A stretch of 64,000 nt of DNA, taken from NCBI GenBank assembly GCA_965238225.1, contig OZ250183.1, positions 1,338,264 to 1,402,263 on the forward strand. The letters are read 5' to 3'. A program made the position numbers and the translations under genes. Shown here piece by piece: positions 1-11,634 of the stretch. Origin of the DNA: Gammaproteobacteria bacterium. Its GTDB lineage: Bacteria > Pseudomonadota > Gammaproteobacteria > Eutrophobiales > Eutrophobiaceae. Every line of letters begins with the position of its first letter. Positions within the stretch are counted from its first letter, which is position 1. The notes below the pieces were generated by a model. That model saw only the letters and a program-made list of their open reading frames with translations. It did no database searches and had not been told where the DNA came from.

Positions 1-407
1 TATTAATTACTGAACAATACCCCAAAGGGTTGGGTTCTACAGTGCCTGAGATTATCGAATTACTCCCTAATGACACTCTAAAATTTGAAAAAACCTGCTT
101 TTCTTGTACCGGTTCAGAACAATTCCTGCAAAAACTAGAAAAAACTGGACGTAAACAAGTTGTTATCGTTGGTATGGAAGCTCACATCTGCATCTTACAA
201 ACAGCTATTCAATTGATCGACATAGACTATCATGTCTTTGCTGCTGCTGATGGCATCTGTTCGAGGCATAAGGAAGATTATGAAATATCATTAAAGCGCA
301 TGATTCATGCAAATGTTGTTATTTGCAGCACTGAGTCTGTAATATTTGAATGGCTGCGCGATGCTAAACATGGGCATTTTAAAAAATTATCACGCCTGTC
401 TCAATAA
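1..407 (+). CDS. Isochorismatase-family (YcaC-like) hydrolase, C-terminal part; 5' end lies outside the window (track ORF starts at 30)
   Basis: Translation VVIVGMEAHICILQTAIQLIDIDYHVFAAADGICSRHKEDYEISLKRMIHANVVICSTESV has an isochorismatase-fold character; the frame is open to the window edge. Confidence 0.5.
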   Translation, partial: LITEQYPKGLGSTVPEIIELLPNDTLKFEKTCFSCTGSEQFLQKLEKTGRKQVVIVGMEAHICILQTAIQLIDIDYHVFAAADGICSRHKEDYEISLKRMIHANVVICSTESVIFEWLRDAKHGHFKKLSRLSQ

Positions 408-429
408 ACATCATTAAACATAAAATTTC

Positions 430-2994
430 TCAAGTCATAAAATCTTCAATAATACCAAATAAAGTAGATTTCTGTATTGGCTTACCAACATGAGTATCAA
501 AACCTGCGACCATACATTTATCAATTTCTTCTTTGATGGCATGAGCCGTTAACGCGATAATCGGCGTTGGCGGGCGGCCATTTTCTGCCTCTAGTACACG
601 TATTGCTCTAGTCGCTTCATGCCCATCCATGATGGGCATCTGGATATCCATCAAAATAAGATTGTAAGTATTATTACGATAAAGTTCTACGCCAATTTTA
701 CCATTCTCTGCTTCATCAATGGTAATGTGGGGAAATTTTTTGAGATAAGTTCTGACTAACAAACGATTATCTGAATTATCTTCAACTAACAATATTTGTT
801 TTTTCTCAACAGGTATTGCATCTATTTCAGAATCGTTTTGTTCACTATTATTAACGTATTCCTCTGGCATCTGATATTTATTTGAAAAAATATACAACAA
901 ATCAGATTGCTTTATTGGTTTAGTTAAATAACCATCTAACCCTAATTCATTAATCCTGTTTATTTGCTGATGCAGAGAAACAGGGTTGAGCATCGCGGTA
1001 ATTACCGGGCCAGAGTCTGATTGACTTGATTTCAGAATTTCCTCAATCTCAGAATCTTTACATTGGAACAAAATTTTATGATCCAGAAATACATACTGAT
1101 ATTTATCCACAGATAAGAATTCTTCAGATTCAATACATTTTGCGCCATAGGTATGAAGTACATTACAAATCTTGGCTCTATTGTATTTATTGCTATCTAA
1201 TACAAGGACTGTTTTATCTTCAAGGGGTTTATCCAGAATCAAGTCATGCCTCGTTGCTGAATTATTGACAGGTAAATTTACAACAAATAAGAATGTACTC
1301 CCCACACCTTCTGCACTTTCTACCCAGATACGACCATTCATCATCTCAACTAAAGATTTAGATATCGTTAGACCTAGACCTGTCCCGCCATATTTACGTG
1401 TTGTTGAAGAATCAGCCTGTGTAAAGCTGGCAAAAATTTCTTGTTGTTTTGCTTCAGGGATACCAACGCCTGTGTCATTTACCGATATCTGCACCTCATC
1501 TGCATTCACATTAGACACCATTACAACAATATGACCGTTTTCTGTGAACTTAATCGCATTGCTAATTAAGTTAAGTACTATTTGTCTAAGTCGTGCTGGA
1601 TCGCCCATCCGTCTCATATCTAATGTCGATTCAAAATTGCTAATTAATTCAGTATGATTTTCTGCTGCCTTAATGGCATAGATTTCAACCGACTCTTCGA
1701 CAACTTCAAGCAAATCAAATGAGATATTTTCTAATACTAACTGTCCTGCTTCAATTTTTGAGAGATCTAATATATCATTTACCAAACTCAATAAGGTATT
1801 CCCTGATTTTTTGAAAATTTTGACATATTTTCCCTGGTCGCCGCTCAATTCTGTATCAGAAAGCAATTCCGCCATACCAATAATAGCCGTAAGAGGCGTT
1901 CGTATTTCATGACTCATACTTGCCAAAAAATCTGATTTCATCAGTGAAGCCTCAAGCGCTTTATCTCTGGCCAAAGCCAATTCTTCGGTCTGTTTTTCCA
2001 CTTGTGATTCAATCACGACATTGCGTTCACTCAATTCCTTTTCACGTAAATCTTTCGCCCTGACCAACGACATTAGCAAAAGCGTTATACCCAACCCAAT
2101 AAAGAGAGCGATATATATCAGTTCCCGATTAATGTCAGACCAATAAACATTCTTTGCTATGGATAATTTAATAGAATAGGACGCAAATTCAAATTGAATT
2201 GATGCGTCATAAATAAAACTGGATATCATAATACCTTTTCGACTGTTGGTCGGCGAAGCATTATAAATTAATTGTCTACCACTTAGACCGGATGATTCAC
2301 TATATAAATCAACTTTCAATGTATCAGGAATCCCGGAGTGCTCAATTAATTTTTCCGGGCTTATCAACAAAGAAAGAATCCCTCGAATTGATTTTTTTGG
2401 TTTTCCATCAATTACTGAGGAATAATCTTCATTGAACATCGCTTTGAATAAGACATAATATTTTCCTGACTTCAGATTGACAATAGAAAGAATAGGATCT
2501 TCTCCTTCGTTTAAATATAAGGATTTTAGAATAGTCTCGTAATCATCAATATCTCTTATATCGTAATCTGCAATAGATTTTTGTGCGTCACGAAATCTAT
2601 GGTATTCATTTTCTAGAGAGGGACTAGAATCTGATTTACCCGAAATTTTTGGTAAGGGGTAGTAATGGATACCTTCTATAAATAGTTTTTGATCCAATAC
2701 CCCTTGAACCATAGGTTGAAATATTTGCTCGCTAAGTGCATTGTTTTCATCATTGAGCGCCTTATTTGCGTCAATGAACGTTGCAAAGCTATTAATAATG
2801 TCGTTACTTACCTGAACATTATGTGCGACGGATTCTCCTATTTTTGAAGACTCAAAACTAAAACTTCTTTTGTTTTCTTCTAAGGCACTATCCCATGCGA
2901 TAAAAACTAATGTAACGCCAAGCGTAAGAGCAGAAAATAAAGTAACAGAATAGATAAGCAACCTTGATGCTTGTTTGTTCTGATTATCAAGCAT
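430..2994 (-). CDS. Hybrid sensor histidine kinase/response regulator. Domains: N-terminal TM, ~270-aa periplasmic domain, TM2, HisKA (SHEIRTPLTAIIGMAELL), HATPase_c, a degenerate receiver-like segment, and a C-terminal canonical receiver.
   Basis: 854-aa ORF. H-box and N/G-boxes (NAIKFTENG...DTGVGI...GGTGLGL) are present. The C-terminal REC reads LLVEDNSDNRLL...ILMDIQMPIMDGHEATRAIR...ALTAHA. Confidence 0.85.
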   Translation of the reverse strand: MLDNQNKQASRLLIYSVTLFSALTLGVTLVFIAWDSALEENKRSFSFESSKIGESVAHNVQVSNDIINSFATFIDANKALNDENNALSEQIFQPMVQGVLDQKLFIEGIHYYPLPKISGKSDSSPSLENEYHRFRDAQKSIADYDIRDIDDYETILKSLYLNEGEDPILSIVNLKSGKYYVLFKAMFNEDYSSVIDGKPKKSIRGILSLLISPEKLIEHSGIPDTLKVDLYSESSGLSGRQLIYNASPTNSRKGIMISSFIYDASIQFEFASYSIKLSIAKNVYWSDINRELIYIALFIGLGITLLLMSLVRAKDLREKELSERNVVIESQVEKQTEELALARDKALEASLMKSDFLASMSHEIRTPLTAIIGMAELLSDTELSGDQGKYVKIFKKSGNTLLSLVNDILDLSKIEAGQLVLENISFDLLEVVEESVEIYAIKAAENHTELISNFESTLDMRRMGDPARLRQIVLNLISNAIKFTENGHIVVMVSNVNADEVQISVNDTGVGIPEAKQQEIFASFTQADSSTTRKYGGTGLGLTISKSLVEMMNGRIWVESAEGVGSTFLFVVNLPVNNSATRHDLILDKPLEDKTVLVLDSNKYNRAKICNVLHTYGAKCIESEEFLSVDKYQYVFLDHKILFQCKDSEIEEILKSSQSDSGPVITAMLNPVSLHQQINRINELGLDGYLTKPIKQSDLLYIFSNKYQMPEEYVNNSEQNDSEIDAIPVEKKQILLVEDNSDNRLLVRTYLKKFPHITIDEAENGKIGVELYRNNTYNLILMDIQMPIMDGHEATRAIRVLEAENGRPPTPIIALTAHAIKEEIDKCMVAGFDTHVGKPIQKSTLFGIIEDFMT

Positions 2995-3009
2995 CGTATA
3001 AACCTAATT

Positions 3010-3315
3010 TTATATATATACAATTTCTATATGAGAAAGGTAATGCGCTAGCTTTTTTATACTTTCATCAATGACCTCTAGCTTGTCTTCCTTTGCATTT
3101 TCTTCAATCTCCGCACCTATTATCCCTATAGCATGAAATCCATAACCACCACTGACACCTTTAAGGTTATGTCCAATCAATTTTAGTGTTTCAAAATCTT
3201 GTTTTTCCATTGCCTGTTCAAGTTTTTCTATATCTCCTTGCCTGTTCTCAAGAAACTCATCAACAATATCTTCCAGATCAATATCTACATTAACAACTAT
3301 TTTCTCATCGCTCAC
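3010..3315 (-). CDS. Stand-alone Hpt (histidine phosphotransfer) domain protein, co-operonic with the hybrid kinase
   Basis: 101 aa with an HNLKGVSGGYGFHAIGIIG Hpt-type motif. It ends 16 nt upstream of the kinase start. Confidence 0.7.
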   Translation of the reverse strand: MSDEKIVVNVDIDLEDIVDEFLENRQGDIEKLEQAMEKQDFETLKLIGHNLKGVSGGYGFHAIGIIGAEIEENAKEDKLEVIDESIKKLAHYLSHIEIVYI

Positions 3316-4134
3316 TTTAAAATACCTCCCAAATTAGACACTAATTTCTTTGATCTGAATGCCTATTTATCTTGCAAATATAGCACAACCTATGCTTTTT
3401 CTGATTGTTTATCTGAGAGAGTATATTCAAGGGAATCTGTTCCGCCATCATAGAGTTCCTTATATTGTGTCATAAAGAAGTTGTTGGTATTCTGAGTATG
3501 GGGATAGAGTGCCGATCCAAAATTTGTAAAATTTTACATTTCAATAATTCTATTTCTGATCGTTCTTTTTTTTCGGAAAAAATTGGATATTTAACTTCAG
3601 ATACTCATCTGCTTCTCTGGAATTACTTTAACTGAGGGTCTTTTCCTGTTGATGTGTCGGAATAAACATTGAAACTAATATCTATGAGATTACTCATGCT
3701 TCTTAGGACTATGCCACTGTTACTGATTTCGTTTGAACGGAAGGGATGGTCATCGGTGCTAGAATATGCCACAAACTTTCATCAAATCTGAAATGTTCTA
3801 CACACTTTATGACAGACTACCACAGTGGTTTTTTTACCATCATAATCTGTGTGACTAAATGGAGGTTCATTATTAACTTTGACTGCAGCCGGGACGGCAT
3901 CTCTGGAGAAAATTTGACCAAACCTAACTTTAACATATACCACAATCATAAATGTATTTACGCAACAAATTCAACTCAGGGTTAGGGACATTAATTGATA
4001 CTATACCTGCTTGGTGGAGTTCGTTTGCTCGTCTATGCGACTGAGAAGGTCTGGCATCCATTAAATCTTTTAAAAAAACCCATATTTCACTCCTAATAAT
4101 TATAATTATATAATAAATACAAAGGTGATGCGTA

Positions 4135-4296
4135 ATGAAAATGATTCTATTTATGCTAGGGATTGGTTGTTATTTATGGGCAGGTTACTCCATTATTCGT
4201 TTTTTATTTATGGTAACTGAGTATGCAGGTTGGCAGTGGATTATTAGCATTATTATTGAAATATATTTGGGCAATTTCTTTGTCTCAAAATCTTAA
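4135..4296 (+). CDS. Hypothetical 53-aa hydrophobic small membrane protein (not in the ORF track because it is under 60 aa)
   Basis: ATG preceded by AAGGTGA 8 nt upstream. Translation is MKMILFMLGIGCYLWAGYSIIRFLFMVTEYAGWQWIISIIIEIYLGNFFVSKS. It sits in a ~1-kb AT-rich gene-poor gap. Confidence 0.2.
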   Translation: MKMILFMLGIGCYLWAGYSIIRFLFMVTEYAGWQWIISIIIEIYLGNFFVSKS

Positions 4297-4336
4297 AAGT
4301 TATAGTTTTCAGCAATCCCCGTCCTGTTCATTGAAA

Positions 4337-6169
4337 CTATTCCACAGTAACAGACTTTGCTAGATTCCTAGGTTGATCGACATCAGCACCCTTCAAGACT
4401 GCAATATGATAGGCAAACAATTGTAATGACACCGTATAGACAATTGGAGATATATACTCACCAACTGGAGATATTTTTAATAATTCAGTCTCTTCATCTA
4501 AATCAATTTTAGCGCTCGTATCAGTAATAACATATAGTTTTCCACCGCGGGCTTTAACCTCGTGCAAATTTGATTTGAGTTTTTCCAAAAGAGTGTTATT
4601 CGGCGCTACAGCAATAACAGGCATTTCTTCGTCCACCAATGCCAATGGCCCATGTTTCAATTCACCTGCAGGATATGCTTCTGCATGAATATAAGATATT
4701 TCTTTCAGCTTAAGCGCGCCTTCCATTGCTACAGGCAACATCGTACCTCTTCCTAGATAAAGCGCATGATTCTTATTGGCAAATTGACTTGCCAAATCTC
4801 TAATTTTCTCGTTACATTCAAGCACTGAATTTATTTTTCCAGGCAAATGCTCAAGTTGTGAAACAATTTCCTTCTCGGTTTCAGTGTTTAACCCATGTCG
4901 TCTGGCAATAACTAGAATCAGCAAAAGTAATGAAACCAATTGTGTTGTAAATGCCTTAGTCGATGCCACGCCAATTTCCATACCTGCCCTTGTCAAAAAA
5001 ACTAAGTCTGACTCACGCGTCATCGTGCTCTCTGCAACATTACATATGCTTAAGGTGCTTAAAAAAGATAATTCCTTTGCCTTCCTCAATGCAGCTAATG
5101 TGTCTGCGGTTTCGCCAGACTGTGAGATAGTTATAAATAAAGTATTTTTTGGAACGAAAATATCTCTATATCTAAACTCACTGGCAACCTCAACTTGGCA
5201 AGGAATATTTGCAATCTCTTCAGCCCAGTATTTTGCGACTAGGCTGGCATGATAACTGGTTCCACACGCAACAATATTCATTGACTCAACTTTATCAAAA
5301 ATATGACTCGCCGCATGACCAAAGCCATCTTCCAATACCAAGCCTTGCTCCAATCTTCCTTCAAGGGCATCTGTGATAGCTGTCGGCTGTTCATATATTT
5401 CTTTCAACATATAGTGCCTAAAGCCAGCCTTGCCAGTATTCTCTGCGGATAATTCTGACAATCTGATCGGGCGTTCAACAACATCACCATTTTTATCATA
5501 GATAGTTAAAATATCTCGACTGATATCTGCAACATCACCTTCCTCAAGAAAAATAAACTGTTGAGTAACAAACAATAAAGCAAACGCATCTGATGCGATG
5601 AAATACTCACCGATCCCAACACCTATTACCAATGGACTACCACTTCGTGTGGCAAGAATTCTGTCAGGATCATTTTTATTAATAACACCAAGAGCATAGG
5701 CTCCTTTAAGCATCAGCGTTGTTTTCATCACCGCATAAAGCAAGTCTTCTCCTGTATCAAGATAATCATAGATTTGATTTACAATAACTTCACTGTCTGT
5801 ATCGGAAGTGAATTTATAGCCCAGTTTCGCCTGTTGCTCTCTAAGTTTTTCGTGATTCTCTATAATGCCATTGTGGACTAAAGCAAGCTGATCACGACAA
5901 ATATGAGGATGGGCATTCTCGATCGTGGGTTTCCCATGCGTTGCCCAGCGTGTATGAGCAATCCCTGTTTTCCCTGATAGTTGTCCGCCCCCTAAAGCTC
6001 GCTCAAGTTCCTCAATCTTCCCAACCACCCGAATTCTTTCAAGCAAGTTATCGCTATTAAGTACGGCGATCCCAGCGGAATCATAACCCCTGTATTCCAA
6101 ACGTCTTAGGCCTTCAAACAAAATAGGTGTTACATCCCTTTGTGCAACTGCGCCAACTATGCCACACAT
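4337..6169 (-). CDS. glmS: Glutamine--fructose-6-phosphate aminotransferase
   Basis: 610 aa. N-terminal MCGIVGAV (Ntn Cys1), plus two SIS domains. Full length matches GlmS. Confidence 0.95.
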   Translation of the reverse strand: MCGIVGAVAQRDVTPILFEGLRRLEYRGYDSAGIAVLNSDNLLERIRVVGKIEELERALGGGQLSGKTGIAHTRWATHGKPTIENAHPHICRDQLALVHNGIIENHEKLREQQAKLGYKFTSDTDSEVIVNQIYDYLDTGEDLLYAVMKTTLMLKGAYALGVINKNDPDRILATRSGSPLVIGVGIGEYFIASDAFALLFVTQQFIFLEEGDVADISRDILTIYDKNGDVVERPIRLSELSAENTGKAGFRHYMLKEIYEQPTAITDALEGRLEQGLVLEDGFGHAASHIFDKVESMNIVACGTSYHASLVAKYWAEEIANIPCQVEVASEFRYRDIFVPKNTLFITISQSGETADTLAALRKAKELSFLSTLSICNVAESTMTRESDLVFLTRAGMEIGVASTKAFTTQLVSLLLLILVIARRHGLNTETEKEIVSQLEHLPGKINSVLECNEKIRDLASQFANKNHALYLGRGTMLPVAMEGALKLKEISYIHAEAYPAGELKHGPLALVDEEMPVIAVAPNNTLLEKLKSNLHEVKARGGKLYVITDTSAKIDLDEETELLKISPVGEYISPIVYTVSLQLFAYHIAVLKGADVDQPRNLAKSVTVE

Positions 6170-6454
6170 ATCATCGTCTCAAATCTATTAATACGCTCAA
6201 AAATCATTTGCGTCCGTTACCAATAACATCTTTCACAATCATATGCTCTCGATTTTTCTCGAAGTACCATTGTATTATTTGGTGAAAGTTTTGTAACCTA
6301 AAGATCGCAAACTTGCTGCCGCACGAGGATGTCCTTCGACTATATGCAGCATAAAGCCATAGATATGCCTGTTCAAAATCTCTTGGCAGATTTCCTAAAT
6401 TTAAAAAATTTTCTAGCCAAGAGTAATGACGGCGAAAAACAAGAGCAACTTACC

Positions 6455-6531
<77 letters not shown>

Positions 6532-6626
6532 ATGTGCAAAGTAAATTCTCAAAAATGGCAATCTCTCGAAAAGAATATGGATTGAGAGATTGGAAACGAA
6601 CTGTTAGCCGTAAGATATTTTTTAAA

Positions 6627-6983
6627 CTATCTTCTCAGAATATCCAATACTTCTTCCAATTCAATACGAAGCTGTCTTACGATCTGCCGGCTTTGATTAG
6701 AATCGTCTTTGGCAACATCACCAGACAAGCGCTGGCGCGCACCGCCAATCGTAAAACCTTGCTCATATAACAGACTTCTTATTTGCCTGATTAGGATAAC
6801 ATCATGTCTTTGATAGTAACGTCTATTACCACGTCTTTTCAGAGGCTTCAACTGAGGAAATTCTTGCTCCCAATACCTCAGCACATGCGATTTTACCATG
6901 CACAGATCACTCACCTCACCAATGGTAAAATAACGTTTACCTGGGATTGCAGGTAATTCTTTATTGCTTGATGCTTCCAGCAT
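6627..6983 (-). CDS. MerR-family HTH transcriptional regulator (conserved neighbour of ihfA)
   Basis: [33 protein letters not shown] is a MerR-type HTH. The ORF overlaps the 3' end of ihfA by 23 nt, so the true start may be internal. Confidence 0.7.
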   Translation of the reverse strand: MLEASSNKELPAIPGKRYFTIGEVSDLCMVKSHVLRYWEQEFPQLKPLKRRGNRRYYQRHDVILIRQIRSLLYEQGFTIGGARQRLSGDVAKDDSNQSRQIVRQLRIELEEVLDILRR

Positions 6984-7263
6984 ATGCCTCTACCCGTGAT
7001 TTAAGTTTTTGTCCCGGACGAAACGTAACCACGCGTCGCGCACTGATAAGACTTTCTTCCCCCGTTTTTGGGTTCCGCCCTGGACGTTGATTTTTTTGCC
7101 GTAAATCAAAATTGCCGAACCCGGCAAGCTTGACTTGACTGCCTGATTCAAGCGCGCTACGAACTTCTTCAAAAAACAATTCAACCAACTCCTTGGCTTC
7201 TCTCTTATTCAAACCAAGTTCATTATACAAACGTTCCGCCATTTCTGCTTTTGTCAGTGCCAT
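6961..7263 (-). CDS. ihfA: Integration host factor alpha subunit
   Basis: 100 aa: [35 protein letters not shown]...GRNPKTGEE..., canonical IHF-alpha. Confidence 0.9.
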   Translation of the reverse strand: MALTKAEMAERLYNELGLNKREAKELVELFFEEVRSALESGSQVKLAGFGNFDLRQKNQRPGRNPKTGEESLISARRVVTFRPGQKLKSRVEAYAGSIKQ

Positions 7264-7266
7264 TTT

Positions 7267-9642
7267 TTATTCTCTGAGTGATGCTCCAAATTCCTTACAG
7301 AGGTTTTCCAAAATACTCCCTGCCGCTGACTCTACTTCATCGTCCCTGAGAGTGCTAGAAATTTTCTGAAAGGTCAAGCCTAAAGCAAGACTTTTTTTTC
7401 CTAAATCAATGGCTTCCCCGCGATATACATCAAATAACTCTAGGTTGTATAACACGTCTGGTGCGGTTTTTTCTATTAAATTCATAATTTCTGCGACAGA
7501 AATCTCTTCTGCAACCGTTATTGAGAGGTCGCGCTGAATTGATGGAAATTTCGATATTTTCTTATAAATAGGCATTATCTTCCTCGAAATGTGCTTAACT
7601 TCTAATTCAAATAGAAAAATTTCTTTTGTCAGTCCTAAGGTTCTCTGTGCTGATGGGTGTAAGGCACCAATAATCCCAACTTCTTGATTATTATATATAA
7701 TTTTGCTTGATTTTCCTAGGTGCAATGCTGCATGTTGCGCAGGCACAAAATCAACCTTGATTTTGTAGGTATTGAGCCCAAAAAGTGCTTCAATATCTTT
7801 CTTTAAATCAAATAAATCACTCGATCTATCATCTATATCCCACTGATTATTATAAATATTTCCTGTAATAACTCCTGCAATCGCGAGTGTTTGAGATAGT
7901 TTATCGTGGTTCTTAAAGATTAAACCGGTTTCAAACAATCTAATCCTTGCTTGCTGTCTTTTTTGGTTATAGAGCAATGCACCTATTAGCCCTGCCCATA
8001 GACTGGTTCTCATGACCGACAATTCAGAAGCGATCGGATTAGCCAGCGCCAGCGCCTTAACCTCAGGATTTAGAATTTCCAGTATTTTAGTATCCACGAA
8101 GCTGTAGGTAATGACCTCTTGATAATCTCTGTCCACTAATAATTGACGCATTTTCTTGATGTGAACTTGTAATTCATTCTCTTTATGAAGCTGCAAATGC
8201 GCCAAAGGCAATTGTGCCTTTATATTGTCATAACCATATATGCGGGCGATTTCTTCTATCAGGTCTGCCTCTATTTTGATATCGAACCGAAATGATGGCA
8301 CCGTCACTAACCAACCTTCATCAATAACTATCGTTTGCATACCCAAACGGGAAAATATGCCAAGAATATCTTCATCAGCGAGACTAATGCCAAGCAAGCG
8401 ATCGGTCTGACCACGCCTTAAACTGACCTGCTTTAATTCTGGTAAATCATCAACTGATAGCTTTTCTACAATCAGACCTGGCTTACCACCACAAATTTCT
8501 ACAATTAACTGGCTTGCCCTGTCGATAGCCTGTTTTTGAATCTGAAAGTCAACACCGCGTTCGAAACGGTGAGATGAATCTGTGTGTAATCCGTATTTTC
8601 TTGCCTTACCCATTATTGCCTGAGGATTAAAAAAGGCACTTTCCAGAAAAACATCACTTGTCTTTACAGTCGCCGCACTTGCCTGCCCTCCCATGATTCC
8701 TGCCATAGCAAGAACCCCGTTATTATCAGCAATAACCAATGTATCTGTAGATAAAGCACATTCCGTTCCATCGAGCAACTCAAGTGTTTCATGTGAATTT
8801 GCATACCTAACACACAAGCTGCCCTGTAATTTACCATTATCAAAAACATGTAAAGGCTGGCCAAGCTCAAGCATGACGAAATTGCTTATGTCTACAACAG
8901 GGTTAACACTCCTGAGACCACAGCAACGTAATTTTTCTATAAGCCAAAGCGGTGTCGGCTTTGAAACATCAATATTTTCGATGATTTGCCCAATATATCT
9001 TGGACATAGGGCTGGCTCATTTATAATGACTTCCCTGCTTTTTTGGCTCGTTTGTTTGACAATCTCTACATATTGAAGTTTAAGTTCATCGCTATTTATT
9101 GCAGCCCATTCTCGTGCAATACCGGAAACACTCAGACAATCACCTCTATTGGGTGTCAATGCTAGCTCTATTATTTGATCATCCAGTGATAAGGCATCCC
9201 TTAAGTCTTTACCCAAAACAAAATCATCTGGCAATTCCATCAGGTCATTAGATTCTTTGCCTAAACCCAATTCCTGTGCCGAACACAGCATACCTTCAGA
9301 TACAACCCCTCTTAACTTGCTGGCTTTAATTGCAATACTTCCTGGCAATACAGCGCCAACCGTTGCCAAGGCAACATGAAGTCCAGCACGCACATTATTG
9401 GCACCACAAACAATCTTCAGGCTTTTACCTGTTCCTATAGAGACCTCACATACCTTTAATTTGTTCGCGTCAGAGTGCTGTTCTACTGCCTCTACTCTGG
9501 CTGTAATAACACCTGAAAATTCTGGAGCAGCAGAAACAATGCCTTCAACTTCTAAACCCGCCATTGTTAATTTCTCGCCTAACTCTTGAGTATCACAGCT
9601 AACATCTACCCACTCACGCAACCATTGTTCACTTATATTCAT
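7267..9642 (-). CDS. pheT: Phenylalanine--tRNA ligase beta subunit
   Basis: 791 aa with tRNA-binding, B3/B4, B5 and FDX-ACB architecture. Immediately downstream of pheS. Confidence 0.95.
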   Translation of the reverse strand: MNISEQWLREWVDVSCDTQELGEKLTMAGLEVEGIVSAAPEFSGVITARVEAVEQHSDANKLKVCEVSIGTGKSLKIVCGANNVRAGLHVALATVGAVLPGSIAIKASKLRGVVSEGMLCSAQELGLGKESNDLMELPDDFVLGKDLRDALSLDDQIIELALTPNRGDCLSVSGIAREWAAINSDELKLQYVEIVKQTSQKSREVIINEPALCPRYIGQIIENIDVSKPTPLWLIEKLRCCGLRSVNPVVDISNFVMLELGQPLHVFDNGKLQGSLCVRYANSHETLELLDGTECALSTDTLVIADNNGVLAMAGIMGGQASAATVKTSDVFLESAFFNPQAIMGKARKYGLHTDSSHRFERGVDFQIQKQAIDRASQLIVEICGGKPGLIVEKLSVDDLPELKQVSLRRGQTDRLLGISLADEDILGIFSRLGMQTIVIDEGWLVTVPSFRFDIKIEADLIEEIARIYGYDNIKAQLPLAHLQLHKENELQVHIKKMRQLLVDRDYQEVITYSFVDTKILEILNPEVKALALANPIASELSVMRTSLWAGLIGALLYNQKRQQARIRLFETGLIFKNHDKLSQTLAIAGVITGNIYNNQWDIDDRSSDLFDLKKDIEALFGLNTYKIKVDFVPAQHAALHLGKSSKIIYNNQEVGIIGALHPSAQRTLGLTKEIFLFELEVKHISRKIMPIYKKISKFPSIQRDLSITVAEEISVAEIMNLIEKTAPDVLYNLELFDVYRGEAIDLGKKSLALGLTFQKISSTLRDDEVESAAGSILENLCKEFGASLRE

Positions 9643-9656
9643 GATATGAAATTATT

Positions 9657-10640
<984 letters not shown>

Positions 10641-10728
10641 TTAACCAGAATTCGTTAACTATCATTTTAATTTTACACATCACTCTTATCCTGTATTCAG
10701 GAAACTGAACGCATATATATACTGCACA

Positions 10729-10756
10729 TAAAAAAGGGGAAAGCTAACTTTCCCCT
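10729..10756 (-). terminator. Rho-independent terminator between rplT and pheS. On the minus strand it is a 9-bp stem GGGGAAAG/CTTTCCCC-like (AGGGGAAAG-TTAG-CTTTCCCCT) followed by T6.
   Basis: Plus strand reads cataaaaaAGGGGAAAGctaaCTTTCCCCTat. The reverse complement gives a perfect hairpin plus a U-run 25 nt after the rplT stop. Confidence 0.6.
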
Positions 10757-10780
10757 ATAAACAGATTTAATTTCATAGCG

Positions 10781-11140
10781 CTAAGCCGTGAAACTAGATT
10801 TTGCTATATTTGCAAGCTCTGAAAATGCTGTTTTATCAGCAACAGCTAACTCTGCAAGGATTTTACGATCAACATCAATATTAGATTTATTTAGCCCATC
10901 GATTAAGCGACTATATGACAAACCATTTTCGCGCGCAGCGGCATTGATTCTGGTTATCCACAAACTTCTAAAAACACGTTTCTTCGCGCGACGATCCCGA
11001 TAAGCATATTGCCTAGCTTTTGTGACTGCTTGCTTGGCAACACGATAAACATTTTTACGACGTCCTCGATAGCCCTTAGCTTGCTCTAAAACTTTCTTAT
11101 GTCTGGCATGGGCGGTAACACCGCGTTTTACTCTTGGCAT
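10781..11140 (-). CDS. rplT: 50S ribosomal protein L20
   Basis: 119 aa: [18 protein letters not shown]…. Confidence 0.95.
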   Translation of the reverse strand: MPRVKRGVTAHARHKKVLEQAKGYRGRRKNVYRVAKQAVTKARQYAYRDRRAKKRVFRSLWITRINAAARENGLSYSRLIDGLNKSNIDVDRKILAELAVADKTAFSELANIAKSSFTA

Positions 11141-11151
11141 TTCAGTGCTCC

Positions 11152-11349
11152 CTAACTATACGGTAACAAACGCGCAACCGATTTTTGGTCATTATCATGA
11201 ATAGCAATAGTGCTACGCAATTGACGTTTGCGCTTGGTGCTTTTACTGGTCAGGATGTGATTCCTGAATGATTGGCGATGCTTAAATTTTCCTGAAGCAC
11301 TCTTTGAGAAACGCTTCGCTGCACCACGGTTTGTTTTCATTTTCGGCAT
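11152..11349 (-). CDS. rpmI: 50S ribosomal protein L35
   Basis: 65 aa: [14 protein letters not shown]…. Confidence 0.9.
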   Translation of the reverse strand: MPKMKTNRGAAKRFSKSASGKFKHRQSFRNHILTSKSTKRKRQLRSTIAIHDNDQKSVARLLPYS

Positions 11350-11634
11350 TTGTGACTACTTTTTTATAACTGCTTTGTTAATTTTCACCAACTTGTATGT
11401 CTTACGCAAGTTCTTGCATGCTACCCATCTCTAAGGCAATTCTGATACGGTGACATGATAAAATATAGCCCAATAATAATAATTACTGCGACAATTATAG
11501 TAACAACAGGTGGTTTTAATAAATTTTCTATTAATATTTTTCTACTTCATCTTTTTTCTCAGGTTCGTCCGTCATTTTTGCTTCCATCGTTTTCACCCCC
11601 CCCATTAATTTTTTATTACCATATCAATAATACT

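Noticed and set aside
1026-1534. ORFs 1026..1268 and 1172..1534 on the plus strand inside the sensor kinase
   Set aside because: They are antisense shadows inside a long, well-supported minus-strand gene, with low-complexity translations and no homology. The same reasoning discards 4884..5252, 8664..9076, 27725..28774 (minus-strand ORFs in DctM), 52225..53028, 54058..55021 and similar ORFs.
3746-3985. 79-aa ORF in the Hpt-glmS gap
   Set aside because: No RBS, a Cys/His-rich low-complexity translation, and no homology. The 53-aa ORF at 4135 is the only convincing candidate in this gap.
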